Source: the human T2T-CHM13v2.0 reference genome, Homo sapiens. From it: DNA of 64,000 nt. The notes under the pieces were generated by a model. The model was not told the DNA's origin. It did not search any database and worked only from the letters and a program-made list of their open reading frames with translations. Both the position numbers and the translations under genes were made by a program. This document shows, in pieces, positions 28,989-43,216 of the stretch (position 1 is its first letter; the number at the start of each line of letters is the position of its first letter). The stretch lies in NCBI RefSeq assembly GCF_009914755.1, contig NC_060932.1, one strand, 5' to 3'.

Positions 28989-31839
28989 AAGTGCTGCAGG
29001 CCCTCCTGACACAATGTCCGCTCTGTCACAGCTCCTGCCCACCCTGGCAGTCCCCTCCCTCGGGATGCAGGGCACACAGGGCCTGTGGATCACCGGAGAG
29101 GCCGCTGCTAAACTTGCTCTCAGCCCGTTTCTTCTCTGAGCATCACTGCACTTCCTTGCCCCTGCTCTTGAGATACTGCTCAGGCTCAGTTCTGTTCCTC
29201 TTCTTGAATACCTTGGATACTTGCTGAGCTAGACAGAGAAGCATGGGTTTCTTCCTCTTCCCTCTTTGTCCTTCCCTTCTCTTTTTTGAGCAGTTTTTCT
29301 TTTAATCTATCCCTACCCCACAGCTAGATTTCCTTCCACCTGGATGTGAAGATTCAAGCATATGTCTGTGGCCCCAGGGATGGCAGGAAGAAAGGTTATG
29401 TGGAAAAAAATTTATCTCAACAATTAACTTACCCACTTAGCTCTGTGGAAGTCCCTGGGTCTACTGGACTCTAAATAAATATGAGTTCAAGTCAATTATT
29501 TCAAAGCTCTCTTGCCCAGATAGCAATTAGAGCTACTATTTATCCAGCTTCTATTAGGCTGCCGGCTTCTTTCCTTGAATTATGTCTTAAATACTTACAG
29601 CATTACCATGGAGCAGGTATCTCTATTTTCCGTGTTACAGGTAATGAAACTGAGATGCAGAGAAAGGAAGTCACTTTCCCTAGCCACTCAGTTACTAAGA
29701 GTCAGAGGAGGGATTCACATCCAGGTCTGATTCCATAGTACACAGGATGTGCTTGCTTCTCAGTGAAGAACAAAATCTCTAGGAAAGTTTAAATTTGTAA
29801 CTCTCAGTTTACAAGGCCAGGAGATACTACCCAGCTATTTGCACACTTTGACCAAAATGTTAACTGTAACAGAAAGGAGAGGTGTTTTACTGTAGATTAG
29901 CATATATATTTATTTATTTGAAAATTACTTGCATATTTTGGAAAACCTAAGCCATACTGAGATGTTTCCTTCTCTGAGTCCCAGATTTGAGTTTTTATCC
30001 ATAGATCTGGCTTTTGACCCAGATACATGGAGTATGCCACTGCCTCCAACAGTTTAAATTGAAATATATCTCTCCTAGGTAGGTAATTTGTCAGCTGAAG
30101 GTTAATGACAGTGAAATGCTAATGATCAAATGGCAATTAAATGTATCATATTTTTAAACCAAACTCCCTTAAGAAGCATTACTGTATAATTACACTCTAG
30201 GAAACCTGCGTCATCTACTAAATTAATGCCAGGGAAACCTTCCTTCTTAGCAGCAGCATGTTTGTCTTCTATCTTTCTTGATTTGATTTTACAAGTTTCA
30301 TAAATCATTTAGCAGCTGCAATTGTTGTCAAAATGTTTTGGTTTCAAATGTAAACATTTATAACTATTGTTTTATTTCCCAAAACAAAGAGGAAGAACTG
30401 TGTTGAAAACAGCAACTAGAACTTCCCAGGCTTTTAGCTTAACTGGAGCTGAGCTGCCATTGCAGGACTGGGTCCTCTTGAAAGCCCTATCCCAAGGCTT
30501 CCTTGAGAATTCATGGTGGTCTTTGCCAGATGGCACATGCCAGGTCAAAAGCTGGAGCGCCCATTAGAGATCAAGGATTTCTGACCCTAACTGAATTGGA
30601 CGGACCTAGTCCAGCTCTGACAGTACCCTTAATAAATGGTCTTCAAATGAAAGACACAAGAGCGTTCTTTCAAGGCATTTTACTTTCCAAGAGTTTCAAG
30701 GACGTTGAGGATTATTATCATTCCAGTGTTACAATGGAACAGGATTCATACGGGAAAGACACTCAAGAAACAAACAGGCTCATACTGGACCTTCATTTTT
30801 GTTGCTCTCCCAAAGTCTCTCTCCCAGCTGGGACACTTGACTGAGGAGGTGCCCTTGTCAAAGGCAAGCTGTGACAATGCAAAGTAGTCACCGGCTCTAA
30901 GTGTCCCTCCTGCCACCTTCATACAAATCAATACATTAAGACGAATTAATTCACTCAGATTTGTCTGAAAAGTTTGTTTCAAAAAGAATCCAAAGTGACT
31001 TGTAATGGAAGTGTACAAATTACAATGATCATTTAAAAAATGAAAACTATAGATGGGAAGTAGAGAAATTGATGTATGTAGGCTAATATGGCTACTATAT
31101 ATGCGCATTAAATGTTATTTTAAGCTTCCAGAAGGCTCAGAAGAAGAATCACAATGTCATGCCAGTATTCATGTCATCACTTTTAATAGTAAAAGCAACA
31201 TAAAGAGGTTTTTAAAAAAATTTTGAAGATGAGAAAAGCATAATTCCCTAGACTTTAAAAGATATATTTTCCTTCTTTTTTCATATTCCATTTGTCTTTA
31301 TTTTTGTGAAAATGGCCTTATATTGTTCTTTTCATGTTATTTATAAAATTTCATATTCTTTTTCTTCTCTCTTCTTCAAAATCCATGTAACCATATGTCA
31401 GATGAATTTTGACAGAACCTAGATGACCAAGAGTTCAATATTACCCCTAAGGAATGCCTGGGTGTGTTTAGTATGTAGCATGGAAGCAGGGGCAGGGGCA
31501 GCTCTGGGCTCTCTGGTTAGAGCTGTGGTCTCTGACCTGAATAGGTCACTAAGTCCTTTGAGGCTTAACAGAACTAGGGAAATTCTCTCTAGAAAATGTG
31601 CAATTACACAATCACAGATTTTTTTGTTTCATGCAATTTTAGGAAATTGTAGAGCCAAGACTGAAGGTCTTAGGTACAGAATTAGCTGCAGTGGGGCCTA
31701 CAAACAGACTGAAATTCTTCTCAAGGCACTGCTCAAAAATAATAGGTAAGACCAGAGATAACTCTTGGGACAGCAGAAAGGGTGACCCTTAGGCCCAATG
31801 CTTTGGGTGTCAAGATGCAATGACTAGAGATATTCTCGA

Positions 31840-32490
31840 ACTGTGGGTCTCAAATGTTTGGGTTTTAGGACTTCTTTACACTCTTTAAAATTACTGAGAA
31901 CCCCAAAAAGGTTTTGTTGATATGGGTTATATCCATCAATATTTACCATATTAGAAATTAAAGCTGAAAAAAAATTTAAATGTTTACTTATTTAACATAA
32001 TAGTAAATTCATGTTAACATAAATAAATAACATGTCTTAATGAAAAAATAACTTTTTCAAAAATGTTGAGAAAGTGGCATTGTCTTACATGTGTACAAAT
32101 CTTTTTAATGTCTATGTTAATAGAAGACAGTTGGATGCTTATATGTGCTTCTGCATTCAATCTGTTGTGTTATGTTGTTTTGATTGAAGAAAATCCAGCC
32201 TCACAGTGACATGTAGTCAGAAAAAGGAGGGGTATATTAGCAATATTTTCAGATAATTTAGAATATTCCTCTTTGATACTACCCTCAAAATGTGACAAAT
32301 GGTAGTTTCTTAAAAGTAAGTTACCAGTGGTTAATGACAGTGCAGTGTGAAAGAATTTAAATGCACTTTTTTCTTCACTCCATTATATTAAAATACATTG
32401 CTCATCTTGGACTTTCAATGCTTATTTTACCCAGAAATAGTTTTGACCTCTCAGACCTTCTGAAAAAGTCCCTGAGACTGGAGGCCTACA
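31840..32490 (-). mobile_element. Charlie1-like hAT DNA transposon fragment
   Basis: tctcaaatgtttgggttttaggacttctttacactctttaaaattactgagaacccc resembles the Charlie1 terminus. Confidence 0.65.
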
Positions 32491-33559
32491 GAGATACAAT
32501 CCCACAGCAAGCACTCTTTCCCTTCAGCATATGCACGCAGCAAGTTCTACTTCTGTGATGAATACGCAGAAAGGACAGAGCGATTGTCCTCACGGTCTTT
32601 AGCCCCACAGCTGTGGCTGCGCAAGTCCTAGAGGGAATGGGACAGGGTCAGAGACATGGTTTGGGGTGAAGAAGAGAGAGAGGGAAAAGAAAACGAGAAA
32701 GAAGTCATATTTAAGGATCAACCATACCAGAAGGGACTCTGCCTTGAATGTGTATGTTGGTGTGTTTTCCTGGGGATGAAGGTGCAGGTGTCATGACAAG
32801 TGGGACACAGTTTTGAGAGAGAAGCACTAACAGCAGAGTGTGCCTAATGCCAATCTGGGTGGGAAATGCTACACAGAGTTAAAAGAAATTCTTACAACTA
32901 TTTTATCTGTCCCAACTCTCAGTTATTTGCAAGGCAATGGGATAATTATTAGAACAATAACACTACTATACTACCTAGTTAAAAGTTAAGCAAAGCTGTT
33001 CCAACCAGATTTAGATTTTTTCTGCCATGAAAATTCCTTTTGTTCTTAAACATTTGAAAAAAATACTTGGGTTGATAGTCTCTTTTGAAGACAGGGCAAT
33101 CCCTAATTTCAACAAATTAATTCAGCACTGGCATTTTCTCTTTCCTAGATGTAGTTGCAATACTGGATTTTCAAATCTGGTCTTATAGAATCTGGAAGGT
33201 TTTCATCCCATTACACTTAGTAACAATAACAAATCTCTGAAGAGATAATAGGAAGCTTGAGCCCTTCTTGTCAGATTATTTTTTAAAAGATTCCTTTAGG
33301 AGAGTCTTACCCATCAGTCACAGAAGACAGGGTGGTGACTGAGCTAATCAGAAACCAGGTATTATGTGGATTGAGAACGCCTGATTCAATGTTCCTGCTC
33401 CAGACCCACTTCTGTGCTTCTGCATCATTTTATTCCAATAAATTAACCCCTCTCAACATCAACACAGATCAGGCCTGGCCAGGAAGTCCCTGGATTTTTA
33501 GAGCTGAGATCCCTAGTCTTGAAGTGGCCTTGTTACTTGTTTTTTTTTTTTAATTCTTT

Positions 33560-33688
33560 TAACATGAAAAAAAATTTTTATAGAGACAGGGGTCTTACTA
33601 TGTTGCCCAGGCTGGTCTTGCACTCTTGGCATCAAGAGATCCTCCCACTGTGTTGGAATTACAGGTGTATGCCACTGCGCCTGGCCAG
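33560..33688 (-). mobile_element. Alu monomer (FLAM or AluJ left arm)
   Basis: agagacaggggtcttactatgttgcccaggctgg...ccactgcgcctggcc. Confidence 0.8.
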
Positions 33689-34959
33689 GTTACTTCTGTA
33701 AAAGAAAAGCTGTTTTCACAATGAGGCTGATGATAATTTTTGCCAAAGGCTCCTGAGGCAGAACTATTTATTAGTATGAAATTCAGGTTAAAGGAAAAAC
33801 CTATTGTGAGATGGTAACTACAGCCACATCCATAGTGTAAAGAATCTCAGTGTGTGTCGCGTAGGTGGCGTTATGACTTTGCCTACAAATGCCGCACTCT
33901 AGCTCCAGGAGACAGGAGGACCCAGGCTGGGTACACTGCAGGCTCAGTTCTGATTGGTGGGAAAGTGGAACACAGTCGGTCTCTTGAGATTTAAGCACCT
34001 TACTCACTCAGCTCACCATCCCTTCACTTTTCAAGGAATGGGGTACTAGCTACTGGCACTTTATATACAAATGAACTACTTCAAATTCCTCTCCAGTACC
34101 TTCCATATCCCTGTTATGCAACTAATTTCCCCAAAGGAAACATAGCTTGAAGTGTCTGGGGCACCTGAAGAAACAAGACAGAAAAGCACATTCCATGTGA
34201 AAGCCAAGCTGGCTCCTGTTCAGCAGCACCCAGGCGCAGGGAAATCTTGTGTTTCTTCCAGATGGCTCCAGGCTCCAGGCTCCAGGGACACATTTTTGGT
34301 CTCTGCCTCTGTTGAGTTCTCCTGTATTTTTACTGTTAATGACTCAAGGAGGGGGCAGGGGGTGATGTGTTGGCAAAAAGCATGATGATAAATCCTGCTG
34401 AGGCACCTTTTCTGGAAAGAGCGGGCAGCTGTCTTCTGCTTCATATTCCAGGCATGCCTGGTACCTGTGCTTTTCTCGCTTTCCCAGTTCCCTGGTGGGA
34501 AGGAGTTGGCGGCATATGCAGGGTTCCAAAACACCTTAATGAGAAGAATGCTATTGCAGGGCAATCATTATTGTGAACATCTGTGAACTGTAGCTTTTAA
34601 TTGAGCTACAGCTAATGTTTATTGTGTGTAGAAAGAGTAGGGGATTAATGGTGGTTTGATTGTCTTTAGATGGTTTCTTATTATCTTTTCCTTTCTCTTG
34701 TGATGTTTTGGCAGAAGTTACAGAGAGGATTCTAAGCCCCAAGACCAGGCATCCAAATTGTCCAGAAGTCTTTGGATTTATAAACAAAGCAGTGAGTGGA
34801 GTGGGGTTGTTCTTGCAGCCTTCCTTAGGAATATATAGTATACAATTTAGAAGCTGGTAGAAAAGCAGGTAATGAGTTAAGAAAAAAGACTCCTGCCGCT
34901 ATAGCAAAGACAGACTTTTAGGAAAATTTATTATAATTCTCCAAGTAATATCAACTTAA

Positions 34960-35252
<293 letters not shown>

Positions 35253-35403
35253 AAATGAAAGTATACTTTTATATTCATTTCCCCAGTTCAATTCAGTTTG
35301 TTTCTGATCAGAACTGGGGAAATGAAAACATGTGAAGGATTTTTTTGGACTAAATGACAAGGCTCAAAAAATTTTTTTGAGACAAAATAATAAATTATCC
35401 TAA

Positions 35404-35720
<317 letters not shown>

Positions 35721-37326
35721 TATTTATTTTTGACAAAGCTGAATACAGATAAAGTATCCATGATCTTGGCTTCCTCTGGGTCCTTCTTCTTCTGCTGTCC
35801 TCCGGGTTTGCAGAATGCCATTCTCTGTATTCCTCTGTCCCTGACAAATGTCTCAAGCCTTAATCCCACAGAACAGGCTTTTCCTACTACCCTGACCCAT
35901 ACTGAATCCTTTGTGTGTCTTAAACTTGGAGCTCAGGAGAACAATTTCCGAGTTGCTTTTCAGTAAGAGCATTCCATCCATCTGACATTTTAACTTCATT
36001 TTCATAAGGAATTTGGGTGTATATAAATGTTCCAGTTCTATATGGGAGGCTACTCCTCTGTGACATCAACTTCTGTTCACAGCTGCAGAGAAAGAAATTT
36101 CAGTGTTCTTGGCAGTTAATCTTCTAAGAGCTACCTTTTGGAAGAAGTCTGTGGAAAATATGCCTACAGACATGTGCATGAGACTTTGCTTCTTGCCAGG
36201 TGAAAAATACCCTGCAAGGAGTATGCCAAGGTAAACAGCTCTGCACAGGGTTGAAAGGCCTGGTTAACATCAGCATCTTGCTCTCATAAGTTGTTGGGAG
36301 CAGTGGGCCTCCATCCACATCCATGGCAGCCCTAATTCAGGCCCTTCAGATCATCGCTGTCTTCCTCCTCCAGGTATTTCCTGTAGATCAGAAATAGCAC
36401 CTTTCTCAGTGAGGCCTGGTGATGCCTCCATGTTTCATCCCAATCAGAGGACACTCAAACAAAAAGAAAAATAAGAGAAAATCCTTTAGGATTAAATCCC
36501 TTTGGTCAAACTACATATTTTTTCCTTTTGTCCTAGCAAGCAACTTTCTTAGAAAAACCTGAAAGAGAAAAAATTGCTGAAAAAGACATATGTGATTGAA
36601 ATTAGCTTTTATCTTCAGGATGCCACTGGATTGCACATGGGATAATGAATTAAATGAAGTAGAAACCATGGCCTGAGCTGGAAATGTGCTTTGTGCCTAA
36701 TGTAATTAATCTCTATTGGAACAGCTAAGTCATTTAATTCGTGTTGCATGAATAATGAAATGAAAGGGGCACGTATGAATTAACTTCTTAACCAGCAGAG
36801 AAGATGCAACCTCCAGGTTTGTAAATTGATTGGGATTTTCCTTACAACTCTTTAGGTCTACGTTTATCAGCTGCAGTTTCTTTCTCCCTTGGTTGGTCAA
36901 AGATTGATCTTGCTTTTTTCGCCATTTCCATTTTGTCTAGACATTTTGCAAATCTACATCAGAGGGACATTTTTAGACTGTGATCTAAAGGGTGTGTGTA
37001 TAATCCAGAAAGCTACTAGCTGCATAGTCTTTTCTTACAAAGTATTTAGCCTTCACCTTTCAAGATTTCCTTCCTCTCAATATTTGGAGAGGACAGAAGG
37101 ATAGATATTCTAATACTATTTTCATATTGGTCTGTGCTTTTGAGATCACCATGCTCCTTTGAAAATACTGCCGGGCGCCCTGGCCTCTGTAGAATAGCAG
37201 TGCCAGGGAGGCCTTTATCTCCTGATGGCTCATACTAAGCATAGAAATCTGGGCCCACCCCCTTAAATTCCTTTAGCTTTTGACACAATTGTACTAAAGA
37301 CTTAGTAATAGCACATGAAGGCTAAA

Positions 37327-37759
37327 CAGCTGACCTTGGAACAACACAAGTTTTAATTACATGGGTCCACTTATATGCAGATTCTCTTTCATCTCTGCCA
37401 CCCCTGAGACAGCAAGACCAACTTCTCCTCTTCCTCCTCCTCCTCCTCCTCAGCCTACTCAAGATGATGAGGATGAAGACCTTTATGATGATCCACTTCC
37501 ACTTAATGAATAGTGAATATGTTTTCTTTTCCTTATGTTTTTCTTAATAACATTTTTCCCTAGCCTACTTTAATGTAAGAATACAGTATATAATACATAC
37601 AACATTTTTAAAAAAAATGTTAATCGACTATGTTATTGTTAAGGCTTCCAGTCAATCATAGGTTATTAGTAGTTATGTTTTTGAAAAAAGATATGCATGG
37701 ATTTTTGACTGCATGGGAGATCAGTGCTCCTAACCTTTCCATTGTTCAAAAGTCGACTG
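37327..37759. mobile_element. Tigger2a/MER28-like Tc1-mariner fossil
   Basis: Inverted termini cagctgaccttggaacaa...ttgttcaaaagtcgactg followed by TA; internal (cct)n and gatgaggatgaagacctttatgatgatcc. Confidence 0.8.
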
Positions 37760-38409
37760 TAAATAAGAGCTTAGTGCTAAATACCGTGGAACCTGCCTAC
37801 TGTGCTCCTCCACCAATTCTCCTGATGCTATTTCCTTTTCTTAGCCTCCCACCATGTTGCCAGCACTAGTCCCAACATATCCTGTGTCCAAATATTTGGG
37901 CAGAGGTGGGAGGATCAGGAGCTGAATAATATTTCTCAAAAACAAATAAGAATTTTCTGGGACAATTCAATCTAAATTCATATTTAGAAATTTAGAGAAA
38001 AGGTTATCTGAAAGGACACTGTTAATGTTTGTAACTTATATAGAAATATGCCCTTTTAGATAACCTTTGTTTCTTCTAGCCATCCATCTCTTTTCTCGCC
38101 TTTTTCTTCCGTCATTACCAAGACAAACAGACTCACTCACTGCTGAATCAGTGAACAGAACAGAGCTCTGACTACCACAGTCTAGAAAAAGAATAATCTT
38201 AAAATGAAAGCAATAGAGGTCAGAGGCAAAAAACAAACAAACAAAACTGAGAAAAGGGGAAGAATTTTGTGAATAATTTTATAAGCACAAGTAAAATTGC
38301 TATCCATTATAGTTCCAGAGTACAAGTTATTGAGTGGCTTTAGCTAAATAAAGAAAGCAACGTTTGAAGGTATAATCTGTCAGCATTAGTCAGAAATCTG
38401 CATTCTAGC

Positions 38410-41400
38410 TGAAAGAGATTTTTTGCTTGGCTAAACTTTAGTCAACTTTCCGAAACTTCCCCTAGGCCCATCTGTGCACTTCCTGGTAAAATCTAGTTTT
38501 AGCAAAATGACCCTGCTAAGTCAGTTTAGCCAGAACCCCCTATCCTTGATATCTGATCATCCTCGATATCTGATCAGGTTCTTCATCCTTCACCTTCTGT
38601 CTTCAGCAAGAATCCTGTTATGTTGGTTTAGCCAGAATCCCCCTTATCCCTCATGTTTCCTCTTGGTAATTTTCCATGCGCTGACTTCCACACTGCTCCT
38701 TGGCTATCAATTCCCACTTGCTTATGCTGTATTGGGAGTTGAGCCTGATGTTTCTCCTCTATTGCAAGACCTCCTTGCAGAGGCTTCTGTACATATGGCA
38801 ACAGCTATGAATAAATTCTTCCCTACTGGGCTTTAACAGGTATCACTGAATAATTTTTTTCTTTAAGAGTTACTATGCTGTGACTTGGTTAAGATCAAAT
38901 TCATTATTGGACCCCCAGGCTTCTTACTCAGGACCCTAAAAGTGTACCTTTGAAGCCTTTGTCCTCACTCCTAACTGATTGATTAGAGATTCACTAGTGA
39001 GTCAGGCTCCTGAACCATTGCTCCAGACAAATGCCCTTGAAGTTGGTCAGGACAGATTTTGATCCTTAAGTTATGAGTATGTGTATTTGATCCTTAAGGT
39101 ACGAGTATGTGCTCTGAAGCCAGGCTTCATGTGAAAGCTTTCCCCTGGCTGGAAGGTCATTTTTCTGGCTCCTTGTTCTGATTTGGGATTATTTCCTGAT
39201 TCCCTGGGCTGGAAGTCCTTCTTCCTAGCTGGCTGTGAGGCCACTCTATTCCCTCTGTTCTCTCTATTGGATCCTGCTTCTCCCATGGGTACATCTCTGT
39301 CATGCAAAGCCTTTCTTTTGAACCCCTACTGATGACATGCTCTGCCAACTCTGTCTACTCCTTGTTATGATTTTGCCTTCCAGTTCTCTTGAATCCTTTG
39401 GCATGTCCCACTTCAAGCCCCTACCTCCTCCATCTCTCCATCCACCCCTACCAGATCATTTCTTTACCCACTCCAGCCCCTCAGATCGTTGAACTTAAGG
39501 CCCTCCTTTCCTCCATTGTGGGCTTTCAAGGGACTCAGGGTCCCTCTCATAAACATCTAAGACTAAAAAGAGAAGGAAACTGGGAAAATTAAAAATATTA
39601 AAAGGCTTCTTCACAAATGTTGGTAAAAAAGCTTTAGCCTTTATTGAGTAGGTAACTTCAACCTGTGCCATTTTCATCAGAAACACAGTTTGGATAAAAA
39701 CATAAGTGAAGACGAACCAGTGAGTTTACATTATTGTGGTTTACTGCCTCATGACTGAAATTTTTAAAATAAAAAGCCATGAGATTTCATTGCATCTATC
39801 TGTATGTTTATGTATATGTATATATGTATCTTTGTATCTTATGTAGATGTGATATTTTTCTACCTACAATTGTATTACCAAATGAAAATACTCAAATTGA
39901 TTTAGGGATAAGTGAGTGCTTAAACAAATTAAGTATTCATCAAATTCTCAGAAACGTAGAAACTGACCTATTTTTTTTTAATGTTCATGTGATACGGAGT
40001 AATGTTTGGTAAATAAAAGCTAATTTTAAAATTGTTGGTAAAATAAAATAGGAATGTCTTTAGAATTAATAGTATTAAATATAATACAGACATACATTTT
40101 TACCTGGGTTTGTTGGTCAAATAGGTTTGTATTGTATCTGCTAGATGATTAAGGCCATAAAACCATGAATTCAACCTAAAATCAGAATGCACAATAAAAA
40201 TGAATTGTTTAATTGCTTGATGCATGTAAGTTGCAAAAGAAAAATAAAGAAAAAAATGAGGTTGTAAAAGGGTGAAAATCTTCTCTTCTGTGGGTAAAGC
40301 TGATTGAGATCAGATAGACTCATTTATAGTATTTTATTAAAAATTGTTTTTGTAGTACATTGATGCAAAAGTAAAATTTGGTCTTCTCTGTTAAGATAAC
40401 AAGGTTATTTTGGAGTATTGGTCTAAGAATGTGAGGTTTTTTTGTTTGTTTGTTTTAAGGAATTGGCCTCGGAAACAAAGATTTTGTGTTTTATCAAGAT
40501 AGCTTCTTGTGTATAATGTTGTCTTCTATTTAGTGTTTGATTACTTAAGAAAACTGAGTCTTCTCAACATTAAAAGTCTTCTTAACGTTAAAAGAATTAA
40601 ATTTTTGTTCACAACTGTGAACCCTTCTGTATTTGCCTTTAAAACCTTTTATTGTCATTTTGATTAATTAGGTAACCAAGATCATATTTAATTGTTTTAA
40701 ATTTTTTGACATTTTTGACAAACTTCCCAAAATCTAATTCTAAATTAAGTCTTTTTAACCTTGAATTAACTTTGAGGTTTTTCAACTAGGCCCCTGAGAA
40801 GATCAAATGATGTGTCTCTAAGCTTGTAAAAGAGAGATATTAAACAATTAAACATATTTATTATATTAAATTATATAAAAAGCATTGTCAAATAAGTGGT
40901 GCTAAACCTTTTTAAAGCTATATTTATGGGTGTATTATTGATATCAGTGTTCCAAAATTGTATTTGATTCCTAGATATATATTAGTGATAATTTTGGTTA
41001 TTATGTTCAGATGTATGCCACAGAAATAGCCAAATTTTTTTGTCAGTTGCATCATTATTATAATGAACTCGTTAGATTTTAACCATAGACATTTTAAGTC
41101 TTTTTCTTTCATAGAAGGTTATTGTTTCACTTTAATTTTTCTCTAAAAGCATTTGCAATTAGCTATAGTCCAAAATGCTTCTTCTTCAAGAATATAATTG
41201 GAAAACACTCTGACAAGTATTCTTGTCAGATTTCTGATACCTCTAACCATTGGATTGGGTAAGAATTTCCAGATCTCTAATGAAGAAACTGATGGCTTCA
41301 TAAAACTTCAAGCAGAACAAGAATTAATTATGGGATTGAATGAAATGATGAAGATAATTATTTCAATGACTTTTTATTTGAAACATTGCTGTTTCTTCAA

Positions 41401-43216
41401 ATGTTTTGTTTTCCTGATTTAAGGAATTTCCTTTCCTTTTAAGCTATCTATGTGCTTATAGCAATTTGGTAAAGTATACTTTCGTGAAAGAGTTTGAAGC
41501 ATTTACTTTTTCTCCTTACCAGATACCTTCAGAATTTAGAAACTTTTCATTAGCATTCTTATTTTTATGGCAATGCAGTTATTTGCATAAATTCAATAAG
41601 AGTCTGTTTTTCTTGTAACAGTAAATTGGAAACACTGGTTATATTATGAGATATATATATATATGTGACTAGGATATCATATTTTCAGATATGATCAAAC
41701 ATTTTTAAGAAACAAAGGTTGACAGCCAATAAATCTCTTCTTAGAAAAACTGGTCTGAGAGTTCCCAGTCTCATAGGTGAGTAAGGAATGTCACTTCCTG
41801 GTAGGCTCAGGAAACAGGATATTTTGGGGATCTTAAGAAGAGAATAATTGATTCAAATCTATAGATGTTACAGACACAGCCTCATGGCAAATCCTTGGTT
41901 TGATCTTCTAGCCTCAAGAGGCTTTTATAAGTCCAATTTAAGATTTCTGATAAAAAAATCCCAGCCGAACAAACTTTACAAGAGCCAATATGGCCAATCA
42001 CTATTCTTGTCTCACCTATGTAAATGAGGAGGCCAAGATTAATGAGATAAACTTATTTTGAAAACAAATGAGTCTGACTTTATAATCTTAGTTAGAAATG
42101 GGAGTGACTGTAGAGAGAAAAAATATCTTTCAGAACAAAACTATAGTGTACCCAGTATTAGATACTAGCCCTCTTTGTTTTCTTTGAGGTTTTATTATCT
42201 ACCTGCAATCGAGACTAGATCTTAAATTTTTCTAGTTTCCTGCAATATCTGGCTCCAACTCTCCAAATTAATGCTCCCAGCTTTCTCCCACTCTTCTGGC
42301 CTGGAATCACTAAAATTAATACTTCTCTTTCCTTGAAGCCCTGAAAGCTGAAGCTAGATGACGATATAAACTTCGGAGAGATCACCACAACAGCTTTTGA
42401 CAACCTTTGTGACATTTAAACTGGAAACCAGGAAAATCTGTCATTTGCCACTGTCTGTTCTCACTCCAGCTGAAGACGCTTCAAGCCCAGCATCTAGAAA
42501 TCTTCTTGACTGGCTACCCTCAGGACTCAGAAACTGAATTTATAGTTTTTTTCAACTATTAGTCTTCATTTTTATTTTATTTTCATAGAAATTAATCCCT
42601 CTTTGTTAAATCCTGTTGGCTGACACTATCCAGTAGACATTCTCTAATACCAAATCCCAACAGATGAGTCAGCTGCTCCTACATGAACCAAAGGTGACCA
42701 AGTGAGAAAATCTGCTTATGTTGAACAAGAAAGAGGACTAATGAAGATTATTTCCTGGCTAAACTTTAATCAGGTTTCTGAATCTCTTCCTAGGCCCATC
42801 TGTGCACTTTCTTGTAAAATCCAGTTTTATCGAAATGGCCCTGCTAAGTCAGTTTAGCCAGAACACCCATCTTTGATATCAGATAATCCTCAATATCTGA
42901 TCTGGTTCCTCATTCTTACCACCCGCTAGGTGATGCCTGATCACTCTGGCCTGTCTTTAGTAGGAATTCATTAGGTCCATTTAGTCAGAACCCCCCATCA
43001 TTGATGTTTCCACTTAGTAATTTTCCATCCATTGACCCCCACACTGCTTTTTGAATACAAATTCCCACTTGCCCATGTGTTACTGGGAGTGGATCCCAAT
43101 CTGTCTCCCCAGCTGCAAGACCATGTTGCAGTGGTCCCTATACCTATCACGATAGTCCTGAATAAACCATTTTTATTGTGCTTTAACAAGTATTATTAAA
43201 TAATTTATTCTTAACA
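38410..43216 (+). mobile_element. MER31-type ERV1 provirus (5' LTR 38410-38868, non-coding internal region, 3' LTR 42739-43216)
   Basis: Two homologous LTRs (ggctaaacttta...ctaggcccatctgtgcactt...ccctgctaagtcagtttagccagaac...aataaa...); decayed PBS after the 5' LTR; purine tract aagaaagagg before the 3' LTR. Confidence 0.85.

Noticed and set aside
39055-39112. Two-copy ~28-bp tandem repeat (and similar ones near 15810, 40560 and 45705) as array-like systems
   Set aside because: Only two adjacent copies and no spacers; ordinary slippage duplications, not CRISPR-like
38869-42738. gag/pol/env coding capacity in the provirus
   Set aside because: Only short ORFs, with no recognisable retroviral protein motifs
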